NCBI GenBank assembly: GCA_035378685.1
Contig: DAOSUL010000001.1
Location: 1-63,049, forward strand
Reading direction: 5' to 3'
Length of the DNA stretch: 63,049 bases
Origin: Clostridiales bacterium
Lineage (GTDB): Bacteria > Bacillota > Clostridia > Acetivibrionales > DTU013
Below are positions 18,209 to 27,220 of the stretch, one piece after another (position 1 is the first letter of the stretch; each line of letters starts with the position of its first letter). The position numbers were made by a program, and so were the translations under genes. The notes beneath the pieces were generated by a model that saw nothing but the letters and a program-made list of their open reading frames with translations, had not been told where the DNA came from and ran no database searches.

Positions 18209-19264
18209 TCATGCTTCAGACGAATCATCTTCTGGAATTGTTCCGGCTGCAGTGCTTCCTTCATCAGATTTTTCTTCTGAAACTGTTCGCTCTGTTTGTT
18301 CTTCCTCCGTTGATTCCTTTGCCTCTTCCGCTCCTGCTTTTTCTGTATCATCTGCTTCTGCTTTCGCCGCTTCAGCTGCTTCTTCTTCCTTCATTTTCAT
18401 AAGCAGGGCCCCATACCTGCTCTGGCCAAGCACGACTGCCTCCTCTTCGGTTTTTCTCATTGCAGCCCGCCTGTACAGGAGCAGCACGATACCCACTATG
18501 ACAAGTATTACGGAAAGCATCTGCGACACCCTGAAGCTGCCCAGCCACAGGCTGTCAGTCCTGATGCCTTCTATTACTGCCCTGGCTGCGCCGTACAGTA
18601 TGAAATACAGGAAGAGGACCTCTCCTTCAACCTTTTTTCTTTTCCTCCGGAACAAAAGGAACAGGAAAATCGCGATATCCAGCAATGATTCGTACAGGAA
18701 GGTCGGATGTACACCGAAAATTTCCGGATTATAACCATTCCTCCGGAGATACCCGTCGATAACATTCCCGTTCATTCTCCACGGGAGTTGCGTTGCCGTG
18801 CCAAAGGCCTCCTGGTTTATGAAGTTGCCCCATCTGCCTACACCCTGCCCGAAAACGAGATAGGGGACGGCGAAATCGCAAAGATTAAGGAACGATATCT
18901 TTTTCTTCCTGGTATAGATCCATGCCACAAGCAACGCCCCGATGACGGCTCCGTATATCGCAAGACCGCCGTCCCTGATCTTTATGATAGATACCAGGTT
19001 GTTCCTGAACTGGTCCCAGTTGAAAACCACGTAATAGAGCCTCGAAAAAACGATGGCTACAGGCGCGGCGTAAAGCACCAGGTCAAGAACATTATCGGCA
19101 GTCAGGTCATATTTCCTGCAGCTTCTCAGTGCCATCAGGACTGCTGCAAGGAATCCCAGTGTGATTATAACGCCGTACCAGAATATCTCGATCCCAAAAA
19201 CGGAAAATGCATATCTCCTCAGTTCAAACTCAAGTCCCAGTCCGGGAAAACTTACAAAATCCAC
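18209..19264 (-). CDS. lgt: Prolipoprotein diacylglyceryl transferase with an acidic C-terminal tail
   Basis: Lgt motifs (GLAIYGAVIG, GRWGNFINQEAFG, HPTFLYES). The last ~80 aa are rich in E, A, K and D. Confidence 0.9.
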   Translation of the reverse strand: MDFVSFPGLGLEFELRRYAFSVFGIEIFWYGVIITLGFLAAVLMALRSCRKYDLTADNVLDLVLYAAPVAIVFSRLYYVVFNWDQFRNNLVSIIKIRDGGLAIYGAVIGALLVAWIYTRKKKISFLNLCDFAVPYLVFGQGVGRWGNFINQEAFGTATQLPWRMNGNVIDGYLRRNGYNPEIFGVHPTFLYESLLDIAIFLFLLFRRKRKKVEGEVLFLYFILYGAARAVIEGIRTDSLWLGSFRVSQMLSVILVIVGIVLLLYRRAAMRKTEEEAVVLGQSRYGALLMKMKEEEAAEAAKAEADDTEKAGAEEAKESTEEEQTERTVSEEKSDEGSTAAGTIPEDDSSEA

Positions 19265-19347
19265 AACGCATCCCCCTTATACCTGCGACAGATGATTTAT
19301 GTCAAATCAACTGATATATCAGATCAACTTATGCTGGCCGGCTATGC

Positions 19348-20631
19348 TCAGACAGGCCTGATCACCGACATGGCGAGGCTCTCGGGTCTAAAGTGATCAT
19401 GAAGGACCTCGTTCACATATTCAAATGTTATTTTATCATAAACGTCCAAATAGTCAAACATGCTGACGCCCTTGAAATACACTGTTATGAACGAGTGCGA
19501 GATCCTCTCCACGGAATTGAACTGCCTCATGAACCGACCCCTGTAAGCCCTGATCAGTCTCTCGCATGCCGGCCTGTCGAGCCCGTCTTTCTTCGCATCT
19601 TCCAATGCACTTAAGAATCTTTCCTTCACCTTCAGCGGATCGGGTGATTCTCCTCCCAGTATTGAAAAGGCATATTGCTTCTCGACACTTACGTCAGTGC
19701 CAAAAGACGAGTTGATCAGACCTTCGCCGTACAGTTGCTCATAAAGCTGAGAGCTTCTGCCGGCAAGCAGTTCCAGCACCAGCTTCACGGCAGTCTCATA
19801 CATCAGCAGTTCGATGCCTTTCTCGCCATAGAAACTGCCTTTATAGCCCATCTGGAACATCGGTATCGAAACGGCAAGGCGCTCCTCGATATAATCACGG
19901 TGGACTGCCGCACTTTCCTCAGGGTAGAGCCTTTTGACAGGAGGCTGAGGTTTGCTGTGCGGGATCGCACATTCGACCATCCCGAACACGCTTTCCGGAT
20001 CAACATCACCGACTGCGAGTATGATCATGTTCGAAGGGTGGTAAAACGTGTTGTAGCACATGTACAGCGTTTCCCTGTTTATCATGCTGATACTGTCGAT
20101 GGTTCCCGCAATGTCGATCCTGACCGGGTGCTTTTCGTACAATGCCTTCAGCAGATTGAAATGCACTTTCCAGTCAGGGTTGTCCTGGTACATCAGTATT
20201 TCCTGGCCGATGATGCCCTTTTCGTTTTCGACGCTTTCCTGAGTGATATACGGATTCTGGACATAGTCCAGCAGCAGTCTGAAATTTTCATCGAACCTGT
20301 CTGTGCAGGAAAACAGGTAAACAGTCTTGTTGAAGCTCGTGTATGCATTTGGGTTCGAGCCCAGCATGGAGAATTTCTCCATCACATTCCCGTCTTTTTG
20401 CTCAAAAAGCTTATGCTCCAGGAAATGTGCGATACCGTCCGGAACGCGGGTAGCATTAGTTTCTCCAGGGATAATAAACTCATTGTCTATGGAACCGTAA
20501 TTCGTTGCGAAGGCAGCATATTTTTTGGAATACCCGCGCCTTGGTATAACAAAGGCTTTCAGCCCGCTGGGATGGTCATAGCTGTAAAGGACTTCGCCCG
20601 CTTTTTCGTATTCAATCTTCCTGAAATCCAT
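19348..20631 (-). CDS. M16-family zinc peptidase (active subunit)
   Basis: 427 aa with the inverted zinc motif HFLEH (HxxEH). Confidence 0.85.
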   Translation of the reverse strand: MDFRKIEYEKAGEVLYSYDHPSGLKAFVIPRRGYSKKYAAFATNYGSIDNEFIIPGETNATRVPDGIAHFLEHKLFEQKDGNVMEKFSMLGSNPNAYTSFNKTVYLFSCTDRFDENFRLLLDYVQNPYITQESVENEKGIIGQEILMYQDNPDWKVHFNLLKALYEKHPVRIDIAGTIDSISMINRETLYMCYNTFYHPSNMIILAVGDVDPESVFGMVECAIPHSKPQPPVKRLYPEESAAVHRDYIEERLAVSIPMFQMGYKGSFYGEKGIELLMYETAVKLVLELLAGRSSQLYEQLYGEGLINSSFGTDVSVEKQYAFSILGGESPDPLKVKERFLSALEDAKKDGLDRPACERLIRAYRGRFMRQFNSVERISHSFITVYFKGVSMFDYLDVYDKITFEYVNEVLHDHFRPESLAMSVIRPV

Positions 20632-20664
20632 TTAAACAACTCCTCATAACATACTTTCATATGG

Positions 20665-21969
20665 TTATTGCTTTCCCGTGCTGTCAGCAGCAGTAAGGAA
20701 ATAGACCGTATCAGGGACGATGCGCTGCGCCGCCGCTTTGACATCATCCTTCGTGACCTTTCTGATCTTTTCCATGATAGTGACGAAATCGTCGTCGGTG
20801 CCCGAGATCGTCTGGCTGAGGTAGAAATCGACGATATTTATCTGGCTGTCTGTCAGTGATTTGATCCCCGTCTCCATATTTTTCACGGTGGCTTCCATCT
20901 CATAGTCCGAAATATTGCCTTTTGCCATGTCGTCAAGCTGTTCGTTTATAATATCCAATGCCCGCTGCCTGTTTCCGATATCGATGCCGCTGCTGATCAC
21001 CATCAGCCCCTTGAACTTCTCAAGCATCGAATAGCAATAGTATGCAAGGCTCGCCTTTTCGCGGACATTCCGGAAAAGCTTGGAGTGTATGCCGCCGCCC
21101 AGTATCCCGTTATATACCATGAGCGCCGGATATTCATCGCTGCCGGGAGCCGTGTTTGTCCGGCAGCCCAGGCAAAGCTTGCCCTGTGTCACATTCATCG
21201 TTTCCGTTACATGCCTGACCTCAGCCTTTTCCTTCCTGGAAAAACTGTCCCGCAGCGTTATCGTATTCCTGCGCGGAAGTCCTGACAACAGTCCGGATAC
21301 TTCCTCTGCTTCTTTATCCGTTATGCTTCCGACCAGGTAAACCTGCATCGGAAATGTCTCGATCATTGTACGGTAATGCGCCGTCAGTTCATCGGCGGTA
21401 ATGCCGGCAAGGTCTTCCACAGACCCGTAATCGTATATTTCAAAAGGCTCATTGCGGCACATCTCTTCCATACATCTGTCGACACTGTAGCTCATCTTAT
21501 CGTTGACCCTGCCCTCGATCCTTATCTTCAGGTTTTCCTTTTCCTGTGCAAGATACTCCCCGCTGAACCTGCCGTCTGCCAGCGCAGGCCTGGCGATTAT
21601 GTCAAAAAGCAGCGCCAGCGCTTCTGCAAAAGTGTCGGTTCCGTCCGGAACATACTGCTTTGACAGGAATTCCGTGTAAAAATGGATGACATGCCTCTCG
21701 CCTTTCTTGGTCACGCCACAGTCAAAGCTTGCGCCGTAAAGGCTTTCAAGCTCCATCGAAATGTCCCGCAGTGTGGGATACGCTCTGCTTCCGCGCCTCA
21801 TGACGGCAGGCAGCAGCGCGTTTTTCGTCGCATTCTCCTTCGTGAGATTATCCTGGAAAAAGAAATGTATGCTGCTCGTTTTGAACTTGTCCGTATTGAC
21901 CACGAAAATATCTATCCCGTTGAATGAGGATACCCTGACCGGCCTTCCCGCGTCGAATCCCGTCTCCAT
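20665..21969 (-). CDS. M16-family peptidase-like protein (no HxxEH; probable non-catalytic partner)
   Basis: Insulinase-fold length and pattern, but I see no HxxEH motif. Paired with the downstream M16 gene. Start moved to ATG 21969, which follows GGAAGGAAGG. Confidence 0.7.
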   Translation of the reverse strand: METGFDAGRPVRVSSFNGIDIFVVNTDKFKTSSIHFFFQDNLTKENATKNALLPAVMRRGSRAYPTLRDISMELESLYGASFDCGVTKKGERHVIHFYTEFLSKQYVPDGTDTFAEALALLFDIIARPALADGRFSGEYLAQEKENLKIRIEGRVNDKMSYSVDRCMEEMCRNEPFEIYDYGSVEDLAGITADELTAHYRTMIETFPMQVYLVGSITDKEAEEVSGLLSGLPRRNTITLRDSFSRKEKAEVRHVTETMNVTQGKLCLGCRTNTAPGSDEYPALMVYNGILGGGIHSKLFRNVREKASLAYYCYSMLEKFKGLMVISSGIDIGNRQRALDIINEQLDDMAKGNISDYEMEATVKNMETGIKSLTDSQINIVDFYLSQTISGTDDDFVTIMEKIRKVTKDDVKAAAQRIVPDTVYFLTAADSTGKQ

Positions 21970-22119
21970 CAGAACCTTCCTTCCCATCACATATCTTGAT
22001 AATAATATATTATAACACTATTATCCGAAGAAAATTTTCGCATTGAAATATTTTCTCGCCAATAATTTGCGCTTTACCGGCAATAATACACTTAAGCACA
22101 CTTACCGGAGGTTCAGAAG

Positions 22120-22296
22120 ATGAGGTACACACCAAACAGAAAATACCCGATCACCCAGATGAAAAGAAACAGCCAGCCGATGAACGGCGAACGGATACTT
22201 GACATAAGTATCGGCACTGCTGCAGGACTGCTCGCCGTCACATTCCTCAAAGGCCTGTTCTGGGGATATCTGATCAGAAAGTGCCGGGGAAGATAA
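22120..22296 (+). CDS. Hypothetical 58-aa small membrane protein
   Basis: Absent from the ORF track because it is under 60 aa. GGAGG lies 9 nt upstream of the ATG. Translation is MRYTPNRKYPITQMKRNSQPMNGERILDISIGTAAGLLAVTFLKGLFWGYLIRKCRGR, with one C-terminal TM helix and a basic tail. Confidence 0.4.
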   Translation: MRYTPNRKYPITQMKRNSQPMNGERILDISIGTAAGLLAVTFLKGLFWGYLIRKCRGR

Positions 22297-22603
22297 TAAA
22301 CTGCTGTTTGAATAAGGTAATGTAAATTCAGGCATTCCCCGATATTTTATATATACAGTATCGGGAGATTGCAGATGCCGGAACGATTCCAGCAGGCAAC
22401 AGATCTTGCTTCTTTCGTCATATCGGTCTGCCTTTCATTTTGTATACTGGTACTTGCTGTTTTTTCAAAAACGCCGGGCTGAAATCGAGACTTTCCTCGT
22501 ACCCTGCAGACGGAAGGGATGCCAGGTCCCTTATCGAAGTTGCGGACAGGAGCCTCTGCAGATCAAAGGCAAAAGGCAAAAACGCATTGCCCTGCAGGGA
22601 TAT

Positions 22604-23839
22604 CTACTGATTGGCGCGGCAGCTCCGTCTGTCCGGAGCCCATGCGGGTTTCGCGCTCCCGTTCACGGCAAATATGAGCATCAGGATACCGCATACGATA
22701 AACACTCCGATCAGCGAACATTTTCTGATGAGAACTGATGTGACGACCGTTCCCGCGAGCTTCCCCAGGCCGGCCATCATATCGCTGAAAGCCGTGACTC
22801 TCGCCATGTATTCCCGGTCCGCGGCGACCTGGAAACGTGCCGCAAGAATGATGCCGCTGACTGCTATTATCGTTCCCTCGGCGAACTGAAGCATCAACAC
22901 CGCTTCATATGTCTTCGTAAATGCATAAAGGATCCATATGACCGCCGCTGCGGCAAGACAACTGTAAAAAGTCCGTGCATCGCCTTTATCCGGTCTGCTG
23001 TCCATCTGTCCGGCAATGAACATGGCAAGAAGGTTGGCGCCGTAGTATGCGGTGATCATCATGCCCCATCCTTTCGCAGTGACTTTCAGTATATCGAATG
23101 CAAACGGGTAAAAAGCAAGGTTTACAGATATGGTGCAGAAGCCGACCACAAATTCCGCTGCCAGCAGTTCACGGATCGGAACGGCGGCCATGCAGTACCT
23201 GATTCCTTTTTTCATGGCGGATAGTGCTGTCTCATGGGAACTTTGCACATTTGCGGCGTAATTGCCGGGATGGTCCGCTGCAGCTGAAAAAACGGTGAAT
23301 AAGGCAGAAACAAGGCAGCAGGCGGATGAAACCAGTATCGAAGGTGCGGGACCGTATTTGTCTGTAAGGAAGCCGGCCGCCACCGGACCTGCAAGATAAG
23401 CGGCACCGCCCGCTCCCGTCAGCAGCGAGTTGGCTTTGAGAGCTCCCTTTTTGCCGGTCATCCTGAGCACGTATTTCCGCCTTGATGGATTGTAGAAAAC
23501 ATCAAGAATGGAGATCAGTATGATCAGCAGATATATTTGCGCCACATTGCCCGCAGCAAGGAACAGCAAAGCCGTCAGGGACTTCAGTATGTCCATTAGC
23601 ACAAGCAGGCGTCCTTCACCGGATCTGTCGCCTATCACACCCGCAAAAGGCGACGCCAGGATGCCCGGCAGTGCGGAAAGCGCCGCACCTGCCGCTGCAG
23701 AGATACCAGAGCCTGCAATATCATGGATAAGCATTGTCACTGCTATGAACCTGACGGATTCTCCAAAACCCAAAAGGCCCTGGCCGGCCAGGAATATGCG
23801 GAAGGCTCTGCCGCCAGGCCCGCTGCGGTCAGTTTTCAT
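22604..23839 (-). CDS. MFS transporter
   Basis: 411 aa with about 12 predicted hydrophobic helices and an MFS-like loop GxxxDRxGxxR (GVIGDRSGEGR). Confidence 0.8.
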   Translation of the reverse strand: MKTDRSGPGGRAFRIFLAGQGLLGFGESVRFIAVTMLIHDIAGSGISAAAGAALSALPGILASPFAGVIGDRSGEGRLLVLMDILKSLTALLFLAAGNVAQIYLLIILISILDVFYNPSRRKYVLRMTGKKGALKANSLLTGAGGAAYLAGPVAAGFLTDKYGPAPSILVSSACCLVSALFTVFSAAADHPGNYAANVQSSHETALSAMKKGIRYCMAAVPIRELLAAEFVVGFCTISVNLAFYPFAFDILKVTAKGWGMMITAYYGANLLAMFIAGQMDSRPDKGDARTFYSCLAAAAVIWILYAFTKTYEAVLMLQFAEGTIIAVSGIILAARFQVAADREYMARVTAFSDMMAGLGKLAGTVVTSVLIRKCSLIGVFIVCGILMLIFAVNGSAKPAWAPDRRSCRANQ

Positions 23840-23893
23840 TAAGGTACCCCAAATATCAGTATCATATTTGAATGGTATTCAGAAATGCGAAGA

Positions 23894-24820
23894 TTATGCC
23901 GGCCCTTTTTCATACAGATGCGGCATCGGCTGGTATCTGCTGACTCCCATGTACTTTACCTGCACGTTGTCGCCGTCGGTTATCCTGATCCAGGACTTGA
24001 CCACTGCGCCATCCATACCCTCAATCAAAAGCTTCCGTTCATCCGCGCCCAGACTGCTGTTTATCCTGTACAGCACAGGCGCCTTTGTCGTCTCGAGCAC
24101 TTCATGGATCCATTCCACCGCCGGAGCGGGCCTGCTTCCGTAAAAGGCCATGTAAAGCACATTGTCCACCCCCTTAGCCCAGATAAGTATATCGGATCCG
24201 GTGGTGTTCATGAATTTGAAGTCCTTATTGCCATACGACACTGTGGCATCCTGGCCGTACGGGACATAAGGCACCGGCATCGTATGGTTGTGGCGCTCAA
24301 CTATCTTCACATTCGACAGCACGGCAACATTATACAGCGTGGATGCGACCTTGCATACGCCTCCGCCCTCTGTGGTCGTGACCATCGTTCCGATATAGGT
24401 AGGGCCTTCCCTGAAACCTCTGTTCTTGGTATACGGGCCGATGGTGGCATTCTGCGAAAATACCTCCCCCGGCCGCACAACAGTGCCAGCCAGCAAGTCA
24501 GCAGCATGGTGCACGTTATATTCCTCTCCGGGCAGGGGATCCTTCAGGACGGTTTTGTACCCGCCAAGCATAACATATGTCTTATGCCTGGCCACCGCCT
24601 CGATGAATTCTCTTTCATGGACCCATGGCATATTGCACTCGGGGCCTGAAACCATTTCGATGCTGAGGCCTTCCCCGATGATCTCCTGCTGCGCCTCCCC
24701 GGGGACCCGGGTCCTGCCGCATGGCATTGCAGCAGCATTTTGTGCAGTTGCAAGACAAGCTGTAATAATTATTACTGTTATCAGTTTCTTCAATTTCGGT
24801 TCCATCCCCTTCTCAATCAA
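23894..24820 (-). CDS. VanW-like domain protein (secreted or lipoprotein-like)
   Basis: 308 aa with an N-terminal signal-like helix. VanW-type core GGGVCKVASTLYNVA...ERHNH is present. The start codon is uncertain: TTG 24820 or ATG 24805. Confidence 0.7.
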   Translation of the reverse strand: MIEKGMEPKLKKLITVIIITACLATAQNAAAMPCGRTRVPGEAQQEIIGEGLSIEMVSGPECNMPWVHEREFIEAVARHKTYVMLGGYKTVLKDPLPGEEYNVHHAADLLAGTVVRPGEVFSQNATIGPYTKNRGFREGPTYIGTMVTTTEGGGVCKVASTLYNVAVLSNVKIVERHNHTMPVPYVPYGQDATVSYGNKDFKFMNTTGSDILIWAKGVDNVLYMAFYGSRPAPAVEWIHEVLETTKAPVLYRINSSLGADERKLLIEGMDGAVVKSWIRITDGDNVQVKYMGVSRYQPMPHLYEKGPA

Positions 24821-24924
24821 ACTTATTTTTTTCAGCGGGGAGCGGATTTACAACAATAAATAAATTCCAGTAATAATGCTGTTTCCGGCGACATATTGTC
24901 AATTGAGGAAGGAATACCGGAACA

Positions 24925-25368
24925 ATGTTAAAAAACGACAGGAGCAGAAAAAACATGGTAGTGCTGCTTTCACTTTTCGGCATGATCTGCTGGGGCATCG
25001 CGCCGGTGTTCGCAAAAGCGGCCTTAAAAGACATCGATCCCACAGCCGGACTGGTCCTGCGTACCATTTTTGCGGCCAGTGTCGTTTCAGGGTGGGTGAT
25101 AATAAGTGGTAATTTTTCAAAAGTAAGCAGTATCCCTGCCGGAACATGGTGGCTCATCGGCACGGAAGCACTGCTGGCTACGCTGGTGGGAGATCTGGCA
25201 TATTATGCTGCGCTGAAAAAAGGAGACGTATCGCTTGTTACGATCATTATGTCAAGTTCGCCGCTGATCACGATACTGTGCTCAGCCGTATTCCTTGGTG
25301 AGCAAATCACGCTGATGCGCCTTATAGGCGCCATACTCGTAATTGCAGGGATCATACTCATAGTTTGA
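24925..25368 (+). CDS. Half-size EamA/DMT-family transporter
   Basis: 147 aa with 4-5 hydrophobic helices and a single EamA-like repeat. One of the few plus-strand genes. The start may be ATG 24955. Confidence 0.7.
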   Translation: MLKNDRSRKNMVVLLSLFGMICWGIAPVFAKAALKDIDPTAGLVLRTIFAASVVSGWVIISGNFSKVSSIPAGTWWLIGTEALLATLVGDLAYYAALKKGDVSLVTIIMSSSPLITILCSAVFLGEQITLMRLIGAILVIAGIILIV

Positions 25369-25387
25369 CAGCCCATGGGCCGCCCGC

Positions 25388-26878
25388 TCATGCGAAGTTG
25401 CTGCCAAGGACCCTTATGTACTCCACGTCAGGGTCATACGTGCCCTGCAGTTCGCATCCTTCCTCTTTCAGCAGCATTATGTAATCGATCACGTCTTTGG
25501 TGATCCTCTCTCCAAGGCATATTACAGGTATACCCGGTGGATAGGACATCACCATCTCACCCGCGATCTCTCCGGCTGAATCCTCGAGCCTTACTGTTTT
25601 CTTGCTGTTATAGAAAGCATCCCTCGGGGTGACGATCATTTCAGGACTTTCGGGTATTTCAAAATCCCTGATCTTCGGACTGCTGCCTCTGCCCAGTGAC
25701 AACTGCCGCAGTGCGTTCACAAGGGCAGTGACGTCTTCTCTCCTGTCCCCGATTGAAACGATGGCAAGTATGTTGTAGAGATCCGACATTTCAACCTGGA
25801 TGTTGAATTTCTCCCTCAGCAATGCTTCCACCTGGTAGCCTGTATAACCTGTCTGCCTTACATTGATGCCGAGTTTGGTTTCATCAAAATCAAAACACCC
25901 CTCTCTTCCTGTCAGTTCCCGGCCGAAGGCGTACAGTCCGGGTATCCTGTTGATCTCCTCCCTCGCCCATCTGGCAAGCTCAAGCGCCTCTCCAAGCAAT
26001 TCCGGGCCTCTCGTTACAAGCTGCTTTCTGGCTATATCAAGTGAACACATGAGAAGATACGATGCACTCGAAGTAAAAGTAAGGCCCAGCGACTGCCTTA
26101 TCCTTTCCTGTGGGATGAGGGCGCCCCTCGACAGCAGTACGGAACTCTGTGTCAGTGAACCTGCCGTTTTGTGCACGCTTACAGCACTCATGTCGGCTCC
26201 CACCTCCATGGCGGTCAGCGGAAAATCATCGTGGAACATCATATGTGCGCCATGAGCTTCATCTATGATCACTGACATATCATGCATATGTGCGGTCCTG
26301 ACTATGGATTTTATGTCAGATGTCATCCCATAATATGTGGGATTTACAACGAACACTGCTTTTGCATGCGGATTCTTCCTGATCGCCTCCCGGACCTTTT
26401 CAGCGGATATGCCCATCGTTATTCCGAGTTCGCGGTTGATCTCGGGAAGCACATAGACTGGCATCGCACCGCTGAGGATTATCCCTCCGAAAGCGGATCT
26501 GTGTGCGTTGCGCGGCATTATTATCCTGCTCCCCGGGTCGCACGCGCTGAGGATCATAGCCTGAACGCCTGATGTGGTCCCGTTTACCAGAAAATATGCA
26601 TTTTCTGCGCCGTAGGCATGGGCCATCAGCTTCTGCGCTTCAAGTATGACCCCTGTCGGGTTGTTGGCGAAGTCGAGGTCCTTCATTCCGTTGACATCCA
26701 TCCTGAGCGCTTTTTCCCCTATGTATTCCACCAGTTCACGGAGCCCTCTTCCCTGCTTGTGACCGGGCACATGGAAAGGGATAACGTTGTCGTCTATATA
26801 TTTTTTGACTGCATCAAAAAGCGGAGTCCTGTTCTGGTTTATCCGCACAACGATCACCTGTATTCCGCCAGACATCAT
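25388..26878 (-). CDS. PLP-dependent Orn/Lys/Arg decarboxylase family protein
   Basis: Motifs PFHVPGHKQG and SVHKTAGSLTQSS (PLP lysine), with an OKR_DC_1-like layout. I trimmed the ORF-track start at 26992 because codons 1-38 lie inside repeat copy 2. The exact start (ATG 26878, or GTG about 26857) is uncertain. Confidence 0.8.
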   Translation of the reverse strand: MMSGGIQVIVVRINQNRTPLFDAVKKYIDDNVIPFHVPGHKQGRGLRELVEYIGEKALRMDVNGMKDLDFANNPTGVILEAQKLMAHAYGAENAYFLVNGTTSGVQAMILSACDPGSRIIMPRNAHRSAFGGIILSGAMPVYVLPEINRELGITMGISAEKVREAIRKNPHAKAVFVVNPTYYGMTSDIKSIVRTAHMHDMSVIIDEAHGAHMMFHDDFPLTAMEVGADMSAVSVHKTAGSLTQSSVLLSRGALIPQERIRQSLGLTFTSSASYLLMCSLDIARKQLVTRGPELLGEALELARWAREEINRIPGLYAFGRELTGREGCFDFDETKLGINVRQTGYTGYQVEALLREKFNIQVEMSDLYNILAIVSIGDRREDVTALVNALRQLSLGRGSSPKIRDFEIPESPEMIVTPRDAFYNSKKTVRLEDSAGEIAGEMVMSYPPGIPVICLGERITKDVIDYIMLLKEEGCELQGTYDPDVEYIRVLGSNFA

Positions 26879-26916
26879 CCGTGTATTATATGGCGCGTGT
26901 ATCGTGACCGTGCATG

Positions 26917-27152
26917 GCCGCGTAGCAGGTACGGGCAGCAGGGCATTTGAGGATGCTTCGTGTACGGCTGCATGCCGGATCATTTGCTCCAATGAGGGCG
27001 CAGGTCACTCGCCGTCCATGGCTCGGGACCAGCGCCGGCAGCATCCATGCTGCCGGTTGCGGTGCCTGTTGCCTCATTCGAGCTGCATGCCCCGGCGGCA
27101 TCCGTAACACTTGCATCCAATAATGCCTTGCTGCCCGTACCTGCTACGCGGC
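26917..27152. repeat. Copy 2 of the ~235-nt palindromic repeat family (orientation A)
   Basis: The 31-bp outer stem GCCGCGTAGCAGGTACGGGCAGCAGGGCATT / AATGCCTTGCTGCCCGTACCTGCTACGCGGC has a single G-T pair. Core is 26986-27089. Confidence 0.9.
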
Positions 27153-27220
27153 GCTTTGTATGTAAGCAATTTCAGGTTTGATTAATCTGATTGGATTCTT
27201 TGGAAGGAACAGTATGGCGC

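Noticed and set aside
19290-19325. The 12-nt perfect palindrome CTGATATATCAG, flanked by ATCAACT direct repeats, upstream of lgt.
   Set aside because: It is short and AT-rich, occurs once, and is not associated with any regulator gene. It may be an operator but cannot be supported from sequence alone.
22300-22603. A possible riboswitch or sRNA in the 300-nt gap downstream of the small ORF and the MFS gene.
   Set aside because: I could not recognise any conserved riboswitch core. I found only a modest hairpin and a weak GGCAA/TTGCC stem with a T-run near the MFS stop.
26866-26916. A TATAAT hexamer 6 nt upstream of the decarboxylase ATG (26878), suggesting a leaderless mRNA.
   Set aside because: No acceptable -35 lies at 17-nt spacing (GCACGG). 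An in-frame GTG with a weak GGCGGA RBS lies a few codons downstream. The start codon cannot be decided from sequence alone.
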